Origin: Octopus vulgaris
Lineage: Eukaryota
Length of the DNA: 64,000 nucleotides
NCBI GenBank assembly: GCA_951406725.2
Contig: OX597816.1
Location: 46,810,001-46,874,000 of the forward strand
Direction: 5' to 3'
The stretch's first letter is position 1. Each line of letters begins with the position of its first letter. The notes beneath the pieces are model-generated. The model worked only from the letters and a program-made list of their open reading frames with translations. It had not been told where the DNA came from and did not search any database. A program made the position numbers and the translations under genes. Positions 62,790 through 64,000 of this stretch are shown piece after piece.

Positions 62790-63174
62790 CAGGGCCAGAT
62801 TAAGACCAATAGGGGCTTAAGCACTTAAAAGATTTTGGTACCCACCACATATATGTAATTCAAAGAATAAACCATAAAATAAATTTTTAGTTTTTGAATG
62901 AAACAAAACTAACAGTAAGTTGGAAAGCATCACTTTGCACTATTTATAGTTTTTTAATTATTTTCTCCTATTTTTTCAATTGCTAAGTTTTTCATCAGAT
63001 CCTCACTGTGACACTATGAACACTTCAAGATTATTTAAACCATTTTGAATATTATTTTAGCAAGTTTAAAGTGATTTCTTTTGTGCTATAAACCATTTAC
63101 CCTTTCTGTTGTGCTCCACTTCCCTTGATACCCTAAGCATGTGCTTCTTTTGTTTAATGGTTAATCCAGCACTC
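62790..63174. mobile_element. hAT-type MITE inserted in a SINE
   Basis: TIRs CAGGGCCAGATTAA / TTAATCCAGCACTC; 8-bp TSD GGTCAATG/GGTTAATG. Confidence 0.7.
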
Positions 63175-63264
63175 GGTTAATGTAATCAACTTGCTGGGTT
63201 TGAACCTGGCAATGGATCAGCATCCTGTTCAGGGGTAATGTTGTGATTTCAGTTACTTATACAA

Positions 63265-63440
63265 GGGAGTGCTGAAATACTGGAGGGTCAGTTAATTATG
63301 ATTTAATTGAGTATATTCCCCTCTCAGATTCACATACTTATTGCAGTGGTCCTTTAGTTTTTCTAAGCCCTGTAAAAGAACTCAGAAGGTTGGGCCTCCA
63401 AACAGGCCTTTCGCAATACCCTTAATTAGCTAGGAACCAT
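63265..63440 (-). mobile_element. Mariner 3' remnant
   Basis: QGLEKLKDHCNKYVNLRGEY-like C-terminus. Confidence 0.55.
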
Positions 63441-63653
63441 GGAAACCAGGTAACTGACCTTAGGGCTTAAGATTTAAAAAAAATGCTGTTTGAGAGAAGA
63501 GGGGAAATGGTTTTAATGGCTTCAGTATATTACTGATATCTGATCAAAAGAATGAAAATAGATTTGGCCGTAGTAAGATTTGGTATCAAATTAAATACAC
63601 TGAAAGCTGTGTTTACCAGATATTTTCTGTCCACATCTTTCTTGGCTCTACAG

Positions 63654-63724
63654 TGGTCAGAGAAATTGGACACATCACCAATGAAGTAAATGGATTTTAT
63701 AAGCTAATGGTTCATGTTGCTGAG
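63654..63724 (+). CDS. Possible internal exon of an unidentified divergent gene
   Basis: Polypyrimidine tract and cAG; open frame VREIGHITNEVNGFYKLMVHVAE; GAG/GTTTGG donor. Confidence 0.3.
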
Positions 63725-64000
63725 GTTTGGAGGGGGAGATTCAATGCAATAAGTGTCATTTTACCCCTTAAACTGAAAAGTAGGAGTACATTGTTCCCAA
63801 CAAATCTCCCATTTTCATCACTTCACATACAGGAGATGATAGTAAATGTCAAAAGAATAACAACAAAATAAATGCTCCCAGTGGAATGCTATCACTCAGT
63901 GCCGACTTAAATATCACAATACTACTTTTTAGGATGAGTGATGATGGTGTAAATGGTACTCTGAGAAATACTTTGGTAAAGTATCTAATTCAGCTCCCCA

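Overview
AT-rich, repeat-dense animal genomic DNA; the SINE families, (CA)/(TA)/(CAT)n tracts and Penelope-type repeats point to a coleoid cephalopod, probably Octopus (inference). Most of the window is one gene: mitochondrial DNA polymerase gamma catalytic subunit (POLG), minus strand. I reconstructed 22 GT-AG coding exons (55978 to 2631; 3426 nt, 1141 aa) with consistent phases and all Exo I-III and Pol A-C motifs, including a 30-nt micro-exon. Intron 17 holds a young, probably intact CsRn1-like Ty3/Gypsy LTR retrotransposon (11525-16837). Other introns and the upstream region carry a decayed full-length mariner, non-autonomous Helitrons, piggyBac-, hAT- and other MITEs, tRNA-derived SINEs, LINE 3' ends and minimal hammerhead-ribozyme motifs. 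A convergent gene probably ends at 1085-1147 and a plus-strand gene may start near 61-64 kb. The most unusual signals are: an NRF-1/ETS palindrome conserved between two LTR subfamilies inside POLG, a local inverted duplication bracketing two catalytic-domain exons, conserved Gly/Arg positions one A-to-I edit from consensus, several hammerhead motifs, and a scrambled multi-segment palindrome upstream of POLG. All comparisons were made by eye.
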